From NCBI GenBank assembly GCA_036269895.1, contig DATBDN010000004.1:4759-68758 (forward strand): DNA of 64,000 bases, given 5' to 3'. The position numbers were made by a program, and so were the translations under genes. The stretch is from Thermoleophilaceae bacterium. GTDB lineage: Bacteria > Actinomycetota > Thermoleophilia > Solirubrobacterales > Thermoleophilaceae. Below the pieces are notes generated by a model, which was not told the DNA's origin, did not search any database, and saw only the letters and a list, made by a program, of their open reading frames with translations. Of this stretch, positions 26,135 to 33,859 are shown piece by piece (within the stretch, counting starts at the first letter, position 1; each line of letters starts with the position of its first letter).

Positions 26135-26353
26135 CTAGCCGCCGCCGGGCTCGTCGAGGCGGCGTACCTCGATCAACTCGAGCCCGAGCGAGCGGATCCG
26201 CTCGAGCACGCCGTGCAGCTCGGCCTGGTCACGCAGGTCGCCGCGCACGATCGTCTCGGCGGGCTTCACCGACGTCGTGAAGTCCTGGAAGGCGTCGGTG
26301 ACGGAGTCGCTCAGCCTGCCTTTGATCCGGAACTCGTAGCTGGAATCCGGCAC
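26135..26353 (-). CDS. Small conserved actinobacterial protein (~72 aa) of unknown function
   Basis: YEFRIKGRLSDSVTDAFQDF..PAETIVRGDLRDQAELHGVLERIRSLGLELIEVRRL matches a family I recognise by pattern only. The start is moved to GTG 26353, because the longer ORF would be translated across the operator array. Confidence 0.5.
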   Translation of the reverse strand: MPDSSYEFRIKGRLSDSVTDAFQDFTTSVKPAETIVRGDLRDQAELHGVLERIRSLGLELIEVRRLDEPGGG

Positions 26354-26388
26354 GCCAGCAACATCCCCGCGAAGGGGGTGATCTTGCG

Positions 26389-26405
26389 TCACCCCCACCG
26401 GGTGA
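26389..26405. promoter_or_regulatory. Palindromic site P1: TCACCC-CCACC-GGGTGA
   Basis: Perfect 6+5+6 inverted repeat in the divergent region between 26353(-) and 26502(+). It is preceded by GGGGGTGA (26374-26381). Confidence 0.7.
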
Positions 26406-26426
26406 GAGAGCAATGCCAACAGCGGC

Positions 26427-26443
26427 TCACCCACGGTGGGTGA
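26427..26443. promoter_or_regulatory. Palindromic site P2: TCACCC-ACGGT-GGGTGA
   Basis: Perfect inverted repeat. It is followed 24 bp later by the half-conserved site TCACCC-GCGCG-CCCCAG (26451-26467). Confidence 0.7.
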
Positions 26444-26501
26444 AGCCTGCTCACCCGCGCGCCCCAGAGGATCGCCGGACAGGCAACGAAGGAGGACGCG
26501 A

Positions 26502-26996
26502 ATGAGCAATCTCGTGGCGATCGCCTACGAGGACGAGGCAACTGCGCAGGAAGTGATGTCGGGACTGGCGCGGTTGCAGACCGAACATGCGATCGAGCTC
26601 GAGGATGCGGTGCTCGCGACACGCGACTCAGACGGAAAGGTCAAGCTCCATCAGCCGAGCACGGCCGGCGCCGGAGCGGCGGGCGGTGCGCTGTGGGGCG
26701 GCCTGATCGGCCTGCTCTTCCTCGCACCACTGCTCGGAATGGCGATCGGGGCGGCGACCGGCGCAGCCGCGGGAGCGCTTACCGACGTCGGCGTCGACGA
26801 CAACTTCCTGAAGGAGCTCGGCGGCAAGCTGGGTGAGGGCAACGCCGCGGTGATCGTCCTCGTGCGGAAGGCGACGCCCGACAAGGTGCTCGCCGAGATC
26901 GGCCACTATGGGGGCCACGTCCTTCAGACCTCGCTCAGCAACGAGCGCGAGGCGGAGCTGCAGGCCGCGCTCGACCGGCGCGGGGCGGCCGCCTGA
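26502..26996 (+). CDS. DUF1269-family membrane protein
   Basis: MSNLVAIAYEDEATAQEVMSGLARLQ..IELEDAVLATRDSDGKVKL., a Gly-rich TM segment, then VGVDDNFLKELG..L..G.AA.IVLV. The start is moved to ATG 26502 with a GAAGGAGGA ribosome-binding site. Confidence 0.8.
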   Translation: MSNLVAIAYEDEATAQEVMSGLARLQTEHAIELEDAVLATRDSDGKVKLHQPSTAGAGAAGGALWGGLIGLLFLAPLLGMAIGAATGAAAGALTDVGVDDNFLKELGGKLGEGNAAVIVLVRKATPDKVLAEIGHYGGHVLQTSLSNEREAELQAALDRRGAAA

Positions 26997-27007
26997 GGCC
27001 TCATGGG

Positions 27008-28081
27008 ATGCGCCGCCTGCCGGGAATACTCGTCGTACTCGCGAGCTTCGTCTTGTTCTTCGCAGCGCTCTCGGTGTGGGTCGCGCGCCAGGCGCTCGAC
27101 ACGAGCGACTGGGTCACCACCTCGAACGCGCTGGTACGCGATCCCCACATCCAGCAGGAGACGGCCAGCTACGTAGCCGACCAGCTCGTCGACCAGGCGG
27201 CAATCACGGACCGCATCCGGCAGGTCCTGCCGCCGCGCGCCGACAAGCTCGCTCCGACGATCGCCGGCGCGGTTCCCGAGCTGGCGGAGCGCGCGACGCT
27301 GCGCGCGCTGCGCTCGGGCGCGTTCCAGAAGCTCTGGGAGAACACGAATCGCCTCGCCCACAGGCAGCTGGTCAGGGCGGTCACCGGAGATACCAGCCGC
27401 ACGGTCGTGTTCGACCTGCGGCCGATGCTCGGCCAGGTCGCCACGCGCATCGGCCTGGGGCCGGACGTCGTCAACAAGCTCCCCCCGGACCGCGGCAAGA
27501 TCACGATCGTGCGGCCCAACCAGCTGGTGACCGCGCGTAAGATCGCGCACGCCCTGAGGACGCTGGCGATCGTTCTCGTCCTGCTTGCGCTGGTGTTGAT
27601 GGTGGCGGCCGTGTGGAGCTCGCACGATCGTCGCCGGACGCTCATGCAGACGGGGCTCGGCATCCTCTTCGCGGGACTGCTCGTGCTGGTGCTCAGGCGG
27701 GTCCTCGGCCACGTGATCGTGGATGACCTCACATCGGGCGGGGCATCCGAGCCAGCGGCCCAGTCGACCTGGGACATCGGCACGTCGTTGCTGCGCCAGA
27801 TCGCGGCCAGCGTCGTCGCGCTGGGGATCGTGGTGATGTTCTGCGCGTGGCTCGCGGGGCCGGCCCGGTGGGCGACCCGCGCTCGCGGCTGGATCAGCCC
27901 ATCGCTGCGGGAGCAGCCCGCGATCGCGTACACGATCGCCCTGGTGTTCCTCGTCCTGCTGCTCGCACTCGGCGTGATCCCGGGCAGCAGCCGGCCGGTG
28001 CTCGTGCTGATCTACGTCGTCTTGGTGGTCGCGGGCGTCGCGGCGCTGCGGCGTCAGGTGCAGGCCGAGGCCGGCCCCTGA
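27008..28081 (+). CDS. Integral membrane protein of unknown function
   Basis: 357 aa with an N-terminal TM, a soluble middle part and 4-5 C-terminal TMs. It starts 11 nt after the DUF1269 gene. Confidence 0.65.
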   Translation: MRRLPGILVVLASFVLFFAALSVWVARQALDTSDWVTTSNALVRDPHIQQETASYVADQLVDQAAITDRIRQVLPPRADKLAPTIAGAVPELAERATLRALRSGAFQKLWENTNRLAHRQLVRAVTGDTSRTVVFDLRPMLGQVATRIGLGPDVVNKLPPDRGKITIVRPNQLVTARKIAHALRTLAIVLVLLALVLMVAAVWSSHDRRRTLMQTGLGILFAGLLVLVLRRVLGHVIVDDLTSGGASEPAAQSTWDIGTSLLRQIAASVVALGIVVMFCAWLAGPARWATRARGWISPSLREQPAIAYTIALVFLVLLLALGVIPGSSRPVLVLIYVVLVVAGVAALRRQVQAEAGP

Positions 28082-28090
28082 CGAGATGCC

Positions 28091-28495
28091 TCAGCCGTCG
28101 TAGCCCTCTTCGAAGCCACGCCAGAACTCGTTTGCCGCCGAATCGTGGCTATGGCGGAAGGCGTCCGCCTGCGCACGGACCTCCTGGGCTGAGTCCTTGA
28201 CCTGCGTCAAGTTGCCCTGCTTGAGCCCCTGAGCCGCCTGCTGCAGCGTGTCGCCCTGCGTTGCGACCTGCGTACGGACCGTCTTGCGCACGTCGTCACT
28301 GATGCCGTTCACCGTGTTGCGGAGCTCCTTCACCGCGTTCCGCGCATCGTCGACCGAGCGCGAGTCGAACACCGCCCGCGTCGCCTGGCCGACCTTCTTG
28401 CCGTCGTTGTGCGCCTTGTCCTCGGGCGAGTCGCCACAGGCGCCGAGCACGACGACTGCGGCGAGAGCAGCCGCGACCAAGCGAGCGCGCCTCAT
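28091..28495 (-). CDS. Lipoprotein (helical, Gln/Ala-rich)
   Basis: MRRARLVAAALAAVVVLGAC has a lipobox. Its ATG overlaps the stop of the HdeD-like gene (ATGA). Confidence 0.7.
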   Translation of the reverse strand: MRRARLVAAALAAVVVLGACGDSPEDKAHNDGKKVGQATRAVFDSRSVDDARNAVKELRNTVNGISDDVRKTVRTQVATQGDTLQQAAQGLKQGNLTQVKDSAQEVRAQADAFRHSHDSAANEFWRGFEEGYDG

Positions 28496-29064
28496 GCAAT
28501 CCCCGCCTTGTGCAGGTCGCGCAGCTGCCAGCCGGCCACCGCCTCGAGCGTGCCCTGAAGGATCAGGCCGATCGCCGAGATCAGCACGAGCGTGGCGAGG
28601 CCGATTGTCGGCTCCGCGAGGATGATCGTGCCCGCCGCGATCCCGAGGATCCCGAGGCCGATGTTCCAGGCACGCCCGTACGGGATGACGATCCCGCGAG
28701 TCAGCTGTACCACGCCGCTCACGACCCACCAGAAGCCGATCACCCATGCGATCGCGAGCACCGAGTCGGCGGGACGAACAACCAGGAAGAGGCCGGCCAG
28801 CACCGTTATCAAGCCCAGCAGCACGAGCGCGATCCGCAGCCCGACGCTCATCGCGTCCGAGCCGCCGATACCACGCACGAGCGTCGCGACTCCAACGACA
28901 AGCAGGTACGCGCCGATGATCACCCCCACCACCAGCAGGCTCGGACCCGGCCAGACGAGGATGATGATCCCGATCAGGATCGTCAATAAGCCTGCCATGA
29001 ACGGGATCCACCAGTACTGCCCTGGATTGGCCGGCTGAAGAGCGGTGGGGTCCACCATTGCCAT
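28492..29064 (-). CDS. HdeD-family (DUF308) membrane protein
   Basis: Six TM helices with the repeated G..L...G pattern (WWIPFMAGLLTILIGIIILVWPG.SLLVVGVIIGAYLLVVG). Confidence 0.8.
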   Translation of the reverse strand: MAMVDPTALQPANPGQYWWIPFMAGLLTILIGIIILVWPGPSLLVVGVIIGAYLLVVGVATLVRGIGGSDAMSVGLRIALVLLGLITVLAGLFLVVRPADSVLAIAWVIGFWWVVSGVVQLTRGIVIPYGRAWNIGLGILGIAAGTIILAEPTIGLATLVLISAIGLILQGTLEAVAGWQLRDLHKAGIA

Positions 29065-29100
29065 ACGCAGAATGGTCCGTCCGCGTGGAGGCAGCGGGCA

Positions 29101-29117
29101 TCACCCGCGGTGGGTGA
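29101..29117. promoter_or_regulatory. Palindromic site P3: TCACCC-GCGGT-GGGTGA
   Basis: Perfect inverted repeat. Its centre is 45 nt upstream of the HdeD-like start (29064, minus strand). Confidence 0.7.
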
Positions 29118-29176
29118 TCAGACCGCGTGGCGGGCGCTGCACGGCTGTGGCTCCTCGGTCCCCCTAGGGCGGCTTC

Positions 29177-29401
29177 TCAATGCGACAGGAGCTTGCGCTT
29201 GGCGGCGCCGAACTCCTGCGGCGTGAGCGAGCCTGCGTCGAGCATCGCCTTCAGCTGCGTGAGCTGCGCGGCCATGTCGGGTGGTTGGGTAGGCGGCTGG
29301 GCGTGGCGCGCGCGGACGCGGCGCCGGGCATACCAGGTGCCGCCGATCACAGCCGCTCCCAGGAACGGGCGCCGCCCGAACACTGGCGGACGTAAAAGCA
29401 T
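29177..29401 (-). CDS. SHOCT-domain small membrane protein
   Basis: C-terminal QLTQLKAMLDAGSLTPQEFGAAKRKLL matches the SHOCT pattern. There is one N-terminal TM. The start is moved to ATG 29401. Confidence 0.6.
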   Translation of the reverse strand: MLLRPPVFGRRPFLGAAVIGGTWYARRRVRARHAQPPTQPPDMAAQLTQLKAMLDAGSLTPQEFGAAKRKLLSH

Positions 29402-29436
29402 GCGCAGAGCGTCCTGAAGACGGGGGTGACGGCGGA

Positions 29437-29453
29437 TCACCCCCGCTGGGTGA
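29437..29453. promoter_or_regulatory. Palindromic site P4: TCACCC-CCGCT-GGGTGA
   Basis: Perfect inverted repeat in the divergent region between 29401(-) and 29480(+). It is preceded by GGGGGTGA (29422-29429). Confidence 0.7.
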
Positions 29454-29479
29454 GCCTCGCGCAGATACCGTCCCCGCCG

Positions 29480-30565
29480 ATGGCACAGGGCGTGCGCCTA
29501 GGCGACAGGGTCGAGCAGGCGATCGAAGAGCATGCGGACGCCGAGCTCGAGATCGCACGCGGCGAGCACGAAGCGCAGCGGACGCACCCCCGCAGCCTGC
29601 GGCGCACGATCATCTGGCTCGCTATCACGGGCATCTCCCTCTACCTGGTGGCCCCCAGCGTCCTGGACACACTCGCGTCGTGGCGCGACATCAAGAGGTT
29701 CGCCCCACAGTGGCTGCTCGTGATGCTGGTCGCTCAGACGGCCGCCATGGCGTGCCTGTGGGCGCTCCAACACATCGCGATCGGCGTCGCCAGGTGGTCT
29801 GCCGTGATCACGTCCCAACTGGCGGGGAACGCGATGGCCAAGGTCGCCCCCGGCGGCGGCGCGGTCGGCTCGGCGCTGCAATACCGGATGCTCGTCACGG
29901 CCGAGGTGCCACCGCGGCCGGCGGTCTCGGGCCTCACCGCAGCCAACGTCCTCACCTTCGCCGTCGTCCTTGCGCTGCCCGTGCTCGCGATCCCGGCTCT
30001 CATCCGCGGCTCCGTCGACCGCACCCTGACGGAGACGGGGATCGCGGGGCTCGTCGTCTTCGTCGTCCTCGCCGCGCTCGGTGTCGTCGTCCTCGCGCTC
30101 GACGGGCCATTGCGGTGGATCGGCCGAACGGCGCAGCGAATCCGCAACCGCGTGCGGCGCAACTGCGAGCCGTTGCAGACGCTGCCCGACCGCCTCATCC
30201 GCGAGCGCGACCGGCTCCTGAACACGCTCGGTCCGCGCTGGAAGCGGGCGCTGCTGGCCACCGTCGGCCGCTGGGCCTTCGACTACGCAACGCTGCTGGC
30301 CGCGCTCGCCGCTGTCGGCGTGCATGCGCGCCCCGCGCTCGTGTTGCTCGCGTTCTGCGCCGCTCAGCTGCTCGCGCAGATTCCTATCACCCCGGGCGGA
30401 CTCGGATTCGTCGAGGCCGGGCTGACGGCGATGCTCTCACTCGCCGGCGTCGGCCCGGGCAACGCCGTGCTGGCGACATTCGCGTACCGGCTGTTCTCGT
30501 ACTGGCTGCCGATGCCGGTGGGGCTTGGCGCCTGGGTCTGGCACCGCCGCCGCTACGGCGCCTGA
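29480..30565 (+). CDS. Lysylphosphatidylglycerol-synthase-TM-region (UPF0104, flippase-like) membrane protein
   Basis: Multi-TM protein with the C-terminal motif QIPITPGGLGFVEAGLTAML. The start is moved to ATG 29480. Confidence 0.75.
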   Translation: MAQGVRLGDRVEQAIEEHADAELEIARGEHEAQRTHPRSLRRTIIWLAITGISLYLVAPSVLDTLASWRDIKRFAPQWLLVMLVAQTAAMACLWALQHIAIGVARWSAVITSQLAGNAMAKVAPGGGAVGSALQYRMLVTAEVPPRPAVSGLTAANVLTFAVVLALPVLAIPALIRGSVDRTLTETGIAGLVVFVVLAALGVVVLALDGPLRWIGRTAQRIRNRVRRNCEPLQTLPDRLIRERDRLLNTLGPRWKRALLATVGRWAFDYATLLAALAAVGVHARPALVLLAFCAAQLLAQIPITPGGLGFVEAGLTAMLSLAGVGPGNAVLATFAYRLFSYWLPMPVGLGAWVWHRRRYGA

Positions 30566-30586
30566 CCGCCGATGGACAGCGGGGAA

Positions 30587-30603
30587 TCACCCGTTCCGGG
30601 TGA
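30587..30603. promoter_or_regulatory. Palindromic site P5: TCACCC-GTTCC-GGGTGA
   Basis: Perfect inverted repeat, 22 nt after the upstream stop. Its centre is 45 nt before ATG 30640. The degenerate site TCACTC-CGGCT-GGGCAT follows at 30611-30627. Confidence 0.7.
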
Positions 30604-30639
30604 GCGCCGGTCACTCCGGCTGGGCATACCGTCGAACGC

Positions 30640-32646
30640 ATGATCCTGAGGCGCCTGCCCGCGATGCTGGCCATCTGGGTCTCGGCAGCGCTCGCGGTCC
30701 TGCTCTGCAGCTGGATCTTCTCGAGCGTCAACGTGACCACCTTCGGAGCGGCGCTGGTCGCCGCGCTCGCGATTGGCCTGGCCAACGCGCTCCTCTGGCC
30801 GCTGCTGATCCGCCTGACGCTTCCGCTCACGGTGCTCACGCTTGGACTCGGCGCGCTGGTCCTGAACGGCGCGATCGTGCTGCTCGTCGCCGCCATAACC
30901 CCAGGTCTGACTGTCAAGGGCCTCGGCGGCGGGATCGTGTTGGCGCTGGCCATGACCGCCGTCACGACGTTCGCCTCGTCGATCTTCTTCATCGACGACG
31001 ACGCACGCGTGGCGCGTCATCTGGTCCGCCGCGCGGCGGAGCGGCGCGACGAGGTGATCAAGACCGACGTGCCCGGCGTTCTGTTCCTCGAGATCGACGG
31101 GCTCGCGCACGAAGTGCTGCGCCGCGCGATGCGCGACGGCAACGCGCCCGAGCTGGCGCGCTGGGTGCGGGACGGATCTCACCATCTGATCGGCTGGGAG
31201 ACTGACTGGTCGTCGCAGACAGGTGCATGTCAAGCCGGTTTGCTCCACGGCAACAACGACGACATGCCTGCCTTCCGCTGGTGGGAGAAGGACCGCGACG
31301 CCCCGATCGTCACGAACCACCCGCGCGACGCTGCCGAGCTCGAACGCCGGGTGTCGAACGGCCGCGGGCTGCTGCACGCCGACGGCGCCAGCAGGGCCAA
31401 CATCCTGTCCGGCGACGCGGTGTATTCGCTGCTCACGATGAGCCGCGTGCTCGACGCACGCGTACGTGGCTACGGTCGCGACTACTTCACGTACTTCGCG
31501 AGCCCCTTCAACACGGCGCGCACGCTGCTGTTGTCGATAGTGGACATCGCCGCCGAGCTGCGCGCTGCCGCGGTGCAGCGACGGCGCGACGTGCGCCCGC
31601 GAATCGAACGCGACTGGAAGTACGCGCTCGTGCGCGCGTGGGGCACGACCGTGCAGCGTGATCTGCAGGTCGAGTCGGTGCTCGGAGACGTGTACACCGG
31701 CCGGCCGGTCGTCTACTCGACGTTCCTTGCCTACGACGAGGTGGCGCATCATTCCGGCCTGGAGCGTGCGGACACGCTGGGGGTGCTGCGGCACGTCGAT
31801 CAGGCGATCGGGCGCATCGCGCGCGCGGCACGCAACGCTCCGCGTCCTTACGAGATCGTCGTGCTCTCGGATCACGGCCAGACCCAGGGCGAGACCTTCC
31901 TGCAGCGCTACGGCGAGACGCTCGAGCAGCTCGTCCAGGCCGCGTGCGCGACCGAGGACGTGCGGGCGGACAGCTCCGGCGAGGACGAGGCGATGGGCCG
32001 GCTCTCGGCGGCGCTCACGGAGGCGGGCGGCACCGGCAACACGGCGGGCCGCGCGGTTGCCCGCGTCACCCGCGGGCGCCAAGTCGACGGCGAGGTGAGG
32101 CTCGAGAAGAGCGACCGCAAGGAAGGCGACGAGATCCCCGAGATCAGCGTGATGGCCTCGGGCTGCCTTGGGCTGATCACGTTCCCGCGGATGCCTGGCC
32201 GCGCGACCTACGCTCAGATCACCGAGCGATACCCGAGCCTGATCGACACGCTCCGCAACCACCCCGGCATCGGCTTCGTGATGGTCGACGGCGTGGTCTA
32301 CGGCGCCCACGGCACGCGCAATGTCCGCGCCGGCGACGAGGCCGAGGGCCAGGACCCGCTCGCGCCGTACGGGCCCAACACCGCGCAACACGTGGGGCGC
32401 ACCGATGGGTTCCCTCACTGCCCGGACATCGTGGTCAACAGCACGTGGTGGGCAGAGACCGAGGAAGTTGCCGCGTTCGAGGAATTGGTCGGCTCGCACG
32501 GCGGCCTCGGCGGACCGCAGTCGTACCCATTCGTGCTGGGCCCGGCAAAGCTGCCGCAGCCTGAGGGTGCGGTGGTCGGCGCCGAGTCGATGCACCGCGT
32601 CCTGCGGGGGTGGCTCGCGCACCTCGGGCAGGACGCCTACCGATGA
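30640..32646 (+). CDS. Fusion protein: N-terminal 4-TM holin-family-4-like domain plus alkaline-phosphatase/nucleotide-pyrophosphatase superfamily domain
   Basis: N-terminal ~120 aa form 4 TM helices (LANALLWPLLIRLTLPL..). The rest has metal-site motifs LFLEIDGL, YDEVAHHSG, VVLSDHGQ and GSHGGLGG. Confidence 0.8.
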   Translation: MILRRLPAMLAIWVSAALAVLLCSWIFSSVNVTTFGAALVAALAIGLANALLWPLLIRLTLPLTVLTLGLGALVLNGAIVLLVAAITPGLTVKGLGGGIVLALAMTAVTTFASSIFFIDDDARVARHLVRRAAERRDEVIKTDVPGVLFLEIDGLAHEVLRRAMRDGNAPELARWVRDGSHHLIGWETDWSSQTGACQAGLLHGNNDDMPAFRWWEKDRDAPIVTNHPRDAAELERRVSNGRGLLHADGASRANILSGDAVYSLLTMSRVLDARVRGYGRDYFTYFASPFNTARTLLLSIVDIAAELRAAAVQRRRDVRPRIERDWKYALVRAWGTTVQRDLQVESVLGDVYTGRPVVYSTFLAYDEVAHHSGLERADTLGVLRHVDQAIGRIARAARNAPRPYEIVVLSDHGQTQGETFLQRYGETLEQLVQAACATEDVRADSSGEDEAMGRLSAALTEAGGTGNTAGRAVARVTRGRQVDGEVRLEKSDRKEGDEIPEISVMASGCLGLITFPRMPGRATYAQITERYPSLIDTLRNHPGIGFVMVDGVVYGAHGTRNVRAGDEAEGQDPLAPYGPNTAQHVGRTDGFPHCPDIVVNSTWWAETEEVAAFEELVGSHGGLGGPQSYPFVLGPAKLPQPEGAVVGAESMHRVLRGWLAHLGQDAYR

Positions 32647-33389
32647 AGCTGACCTGGCTCGGCCACGCCACCGTCGTGATCGACACCGCCGGCGGCCGGC
32701 TGGTGACCGACCCGCTCCTGCGCTCGCGCGTCGCACACCTCCGCCGGCACGCCGCGCCGGTCAGGGCCCCGGAGAAGGTCGACGTGGTGCTCTTGTCGCA
32801 CCTTCACTACGACCACCTCGACGTGCCGTCGCTGCGCAAGCTGAAAGCGCCCGTTGTCGCGCCGCCGGGCAGCGAGCGGACGCTGCAGCGGCTGCACTTG
32901 GAGGTCTCCGAGCTGGCGGCGGGCGAGCAGATCGCAGTCGGCGGCGCCGAGGTCACCGCCGTCCGCGCGGTGCACGACGGCCGCCGCTCGCCGTTGGCGG
33001 GGCGCCGCGACGACGACTCGATCGGGTACCTCGTCGAGGGCGACGACCAACGCGTCTACTTCGCCGGCGACACCGAGGTCTTCGCCGGCATGCAGGATTT
33101 CGGGCCGCTGGACGCCGCGCTCGTCCCGATCTGGGGCTGGGGGCCGCGGCTGGGGCCCGGCCACATGGACCCGAGCCAGGCCGCCGAAGCGCTGACGCTG
33201 CTGCGGCCGGCGGTCGCCGTGCCGATCCATTGGGGCACGTTCCTGCCGATAGGGGGCTACCGCCGCCACCACGACCTGCTGCATACGCCGGTCGAGCAGT
33301 TCCGCCTGCGCGCCGCCGAGCTGGCGCCCGACGTCCGCATCGAGGTCCTGGACCCCGGCGGTTCCCTCGTCATCACCCAGCGTGGGTGA
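32643..33389 (+). CDS. MBL-fold metallo-hydrolase
   Basis: MKLTWLGHATVVI..; VLLSHLHYDHLD (HxHxDH). ATGA overlap with the upstream gene. Confidence 0.85.
   Translation: MKLTWLGHATVVIDTAGGRLVTDPLLRSRVAHLRRHAAPVRAPEKVDVVLLSHLHYDHLDVPSLRKLKAPVVAPPGSERTLQRLHLEVSELAAGEQIAVGGAEVTAVRAVHDGRRSPLAGRRDDDSIGYLVEGDDQRVYFAGDTEVFAGMQDFGPLDAALVPIWGWGPRLGPGHMDPSQAAEALTLLRPAVAVPIHWGTFLPIGGYRRHHDLLHTPVEQFRLRAAELAPDVRIEVLDPGGSLVITQRG
33373..33389. promoter_or_regulatory. Palindromic site P6: TCACCC-AGCGT-GGGTGA (occupies the last 17 nt of the MBL gene, stop codon included)
   Basis: Perfect inverted repeat. The half-conserved site TCACCC-GTCGA-GCGCCC follows at 33397-33413. Confidence 0.7.
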
Positions 33390-33445
33390 TGGCCCGTCAC
33401 CCGTCGAGCGCCCAGGATTGAACAACGACCGAAAGGAGTTCGTGG

Positions 33446-33859
33446 ATGTCGACGCAGTACGACATACCCCCGCAGGAGGAGCCGTCAGCTTGGGCCAGCG
33501 GCGGCTTGGTGTTCGCCGGGACACTGCTGGTACTCGGTGGGATCTTCCAGGCGATCGACGGGATCGTCGCGATCGCCAACGACGACTTCTTCGTCAAGAC
33601 CCAGCACTACACGTTCAACCTGGACGTGACGGCGTGGGGATGGATCCACCTGATCCTCGGCATCCTGATGTTCGCTATCGGGCTCGGCCTATTCAGCCAG
33701 GCCGCCTGGGCCGGCGTCGGCGCGATCGCGATCGCGATGTTGAGCGCGATCGCGAACTTCTTCTTCATCCCCCACTACCCGATCTGGTCGCTGGTCATCA
33801 TCGGGCTCGACATCTGGGTGATCTGGGCCCTGACGCGCCCAGGCGTTATTCGCACCTAG
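33446..33859 (+). CDS. 137-aa four-TM membrane protein (paralog A)
   Basis: MSTQYDIPPQEEPSAWASGGLVFAG..FFVKTQHYTFNLDVTAWGWIHLILG..IANFFFIPHYPIWSLVIIGLDIWVIWAL. It is clearly homologous over its full length to 35216..35629. Confidence 0.75.
   Translation: MSTQYDIPPQEEPSAWASGGLVFAGTLLVLGGIFQAIDGIVAIANDDFFVKTQHYTFNLDVTAWGWIHLILGILMFAIGLGLFSQAAWAGVGAIAIAMLSAIANFFFIPHYPIWSLVIIGLDIWVIWALTRPGVIRT

Noticed and set aside
26102-26137. The small protein gene (26135..26353) and the receiver gene (25745..26101) are in the same frame, separated by one TAG and 11 sense codons. This could be read-through or a split fusion gene.
   Set aside because: A shared frame has a 1-in-3 chance. The receiver has a usable GTG start and a normal N-terminus (V/M-LTVDDD). 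No read-through signal is evident.
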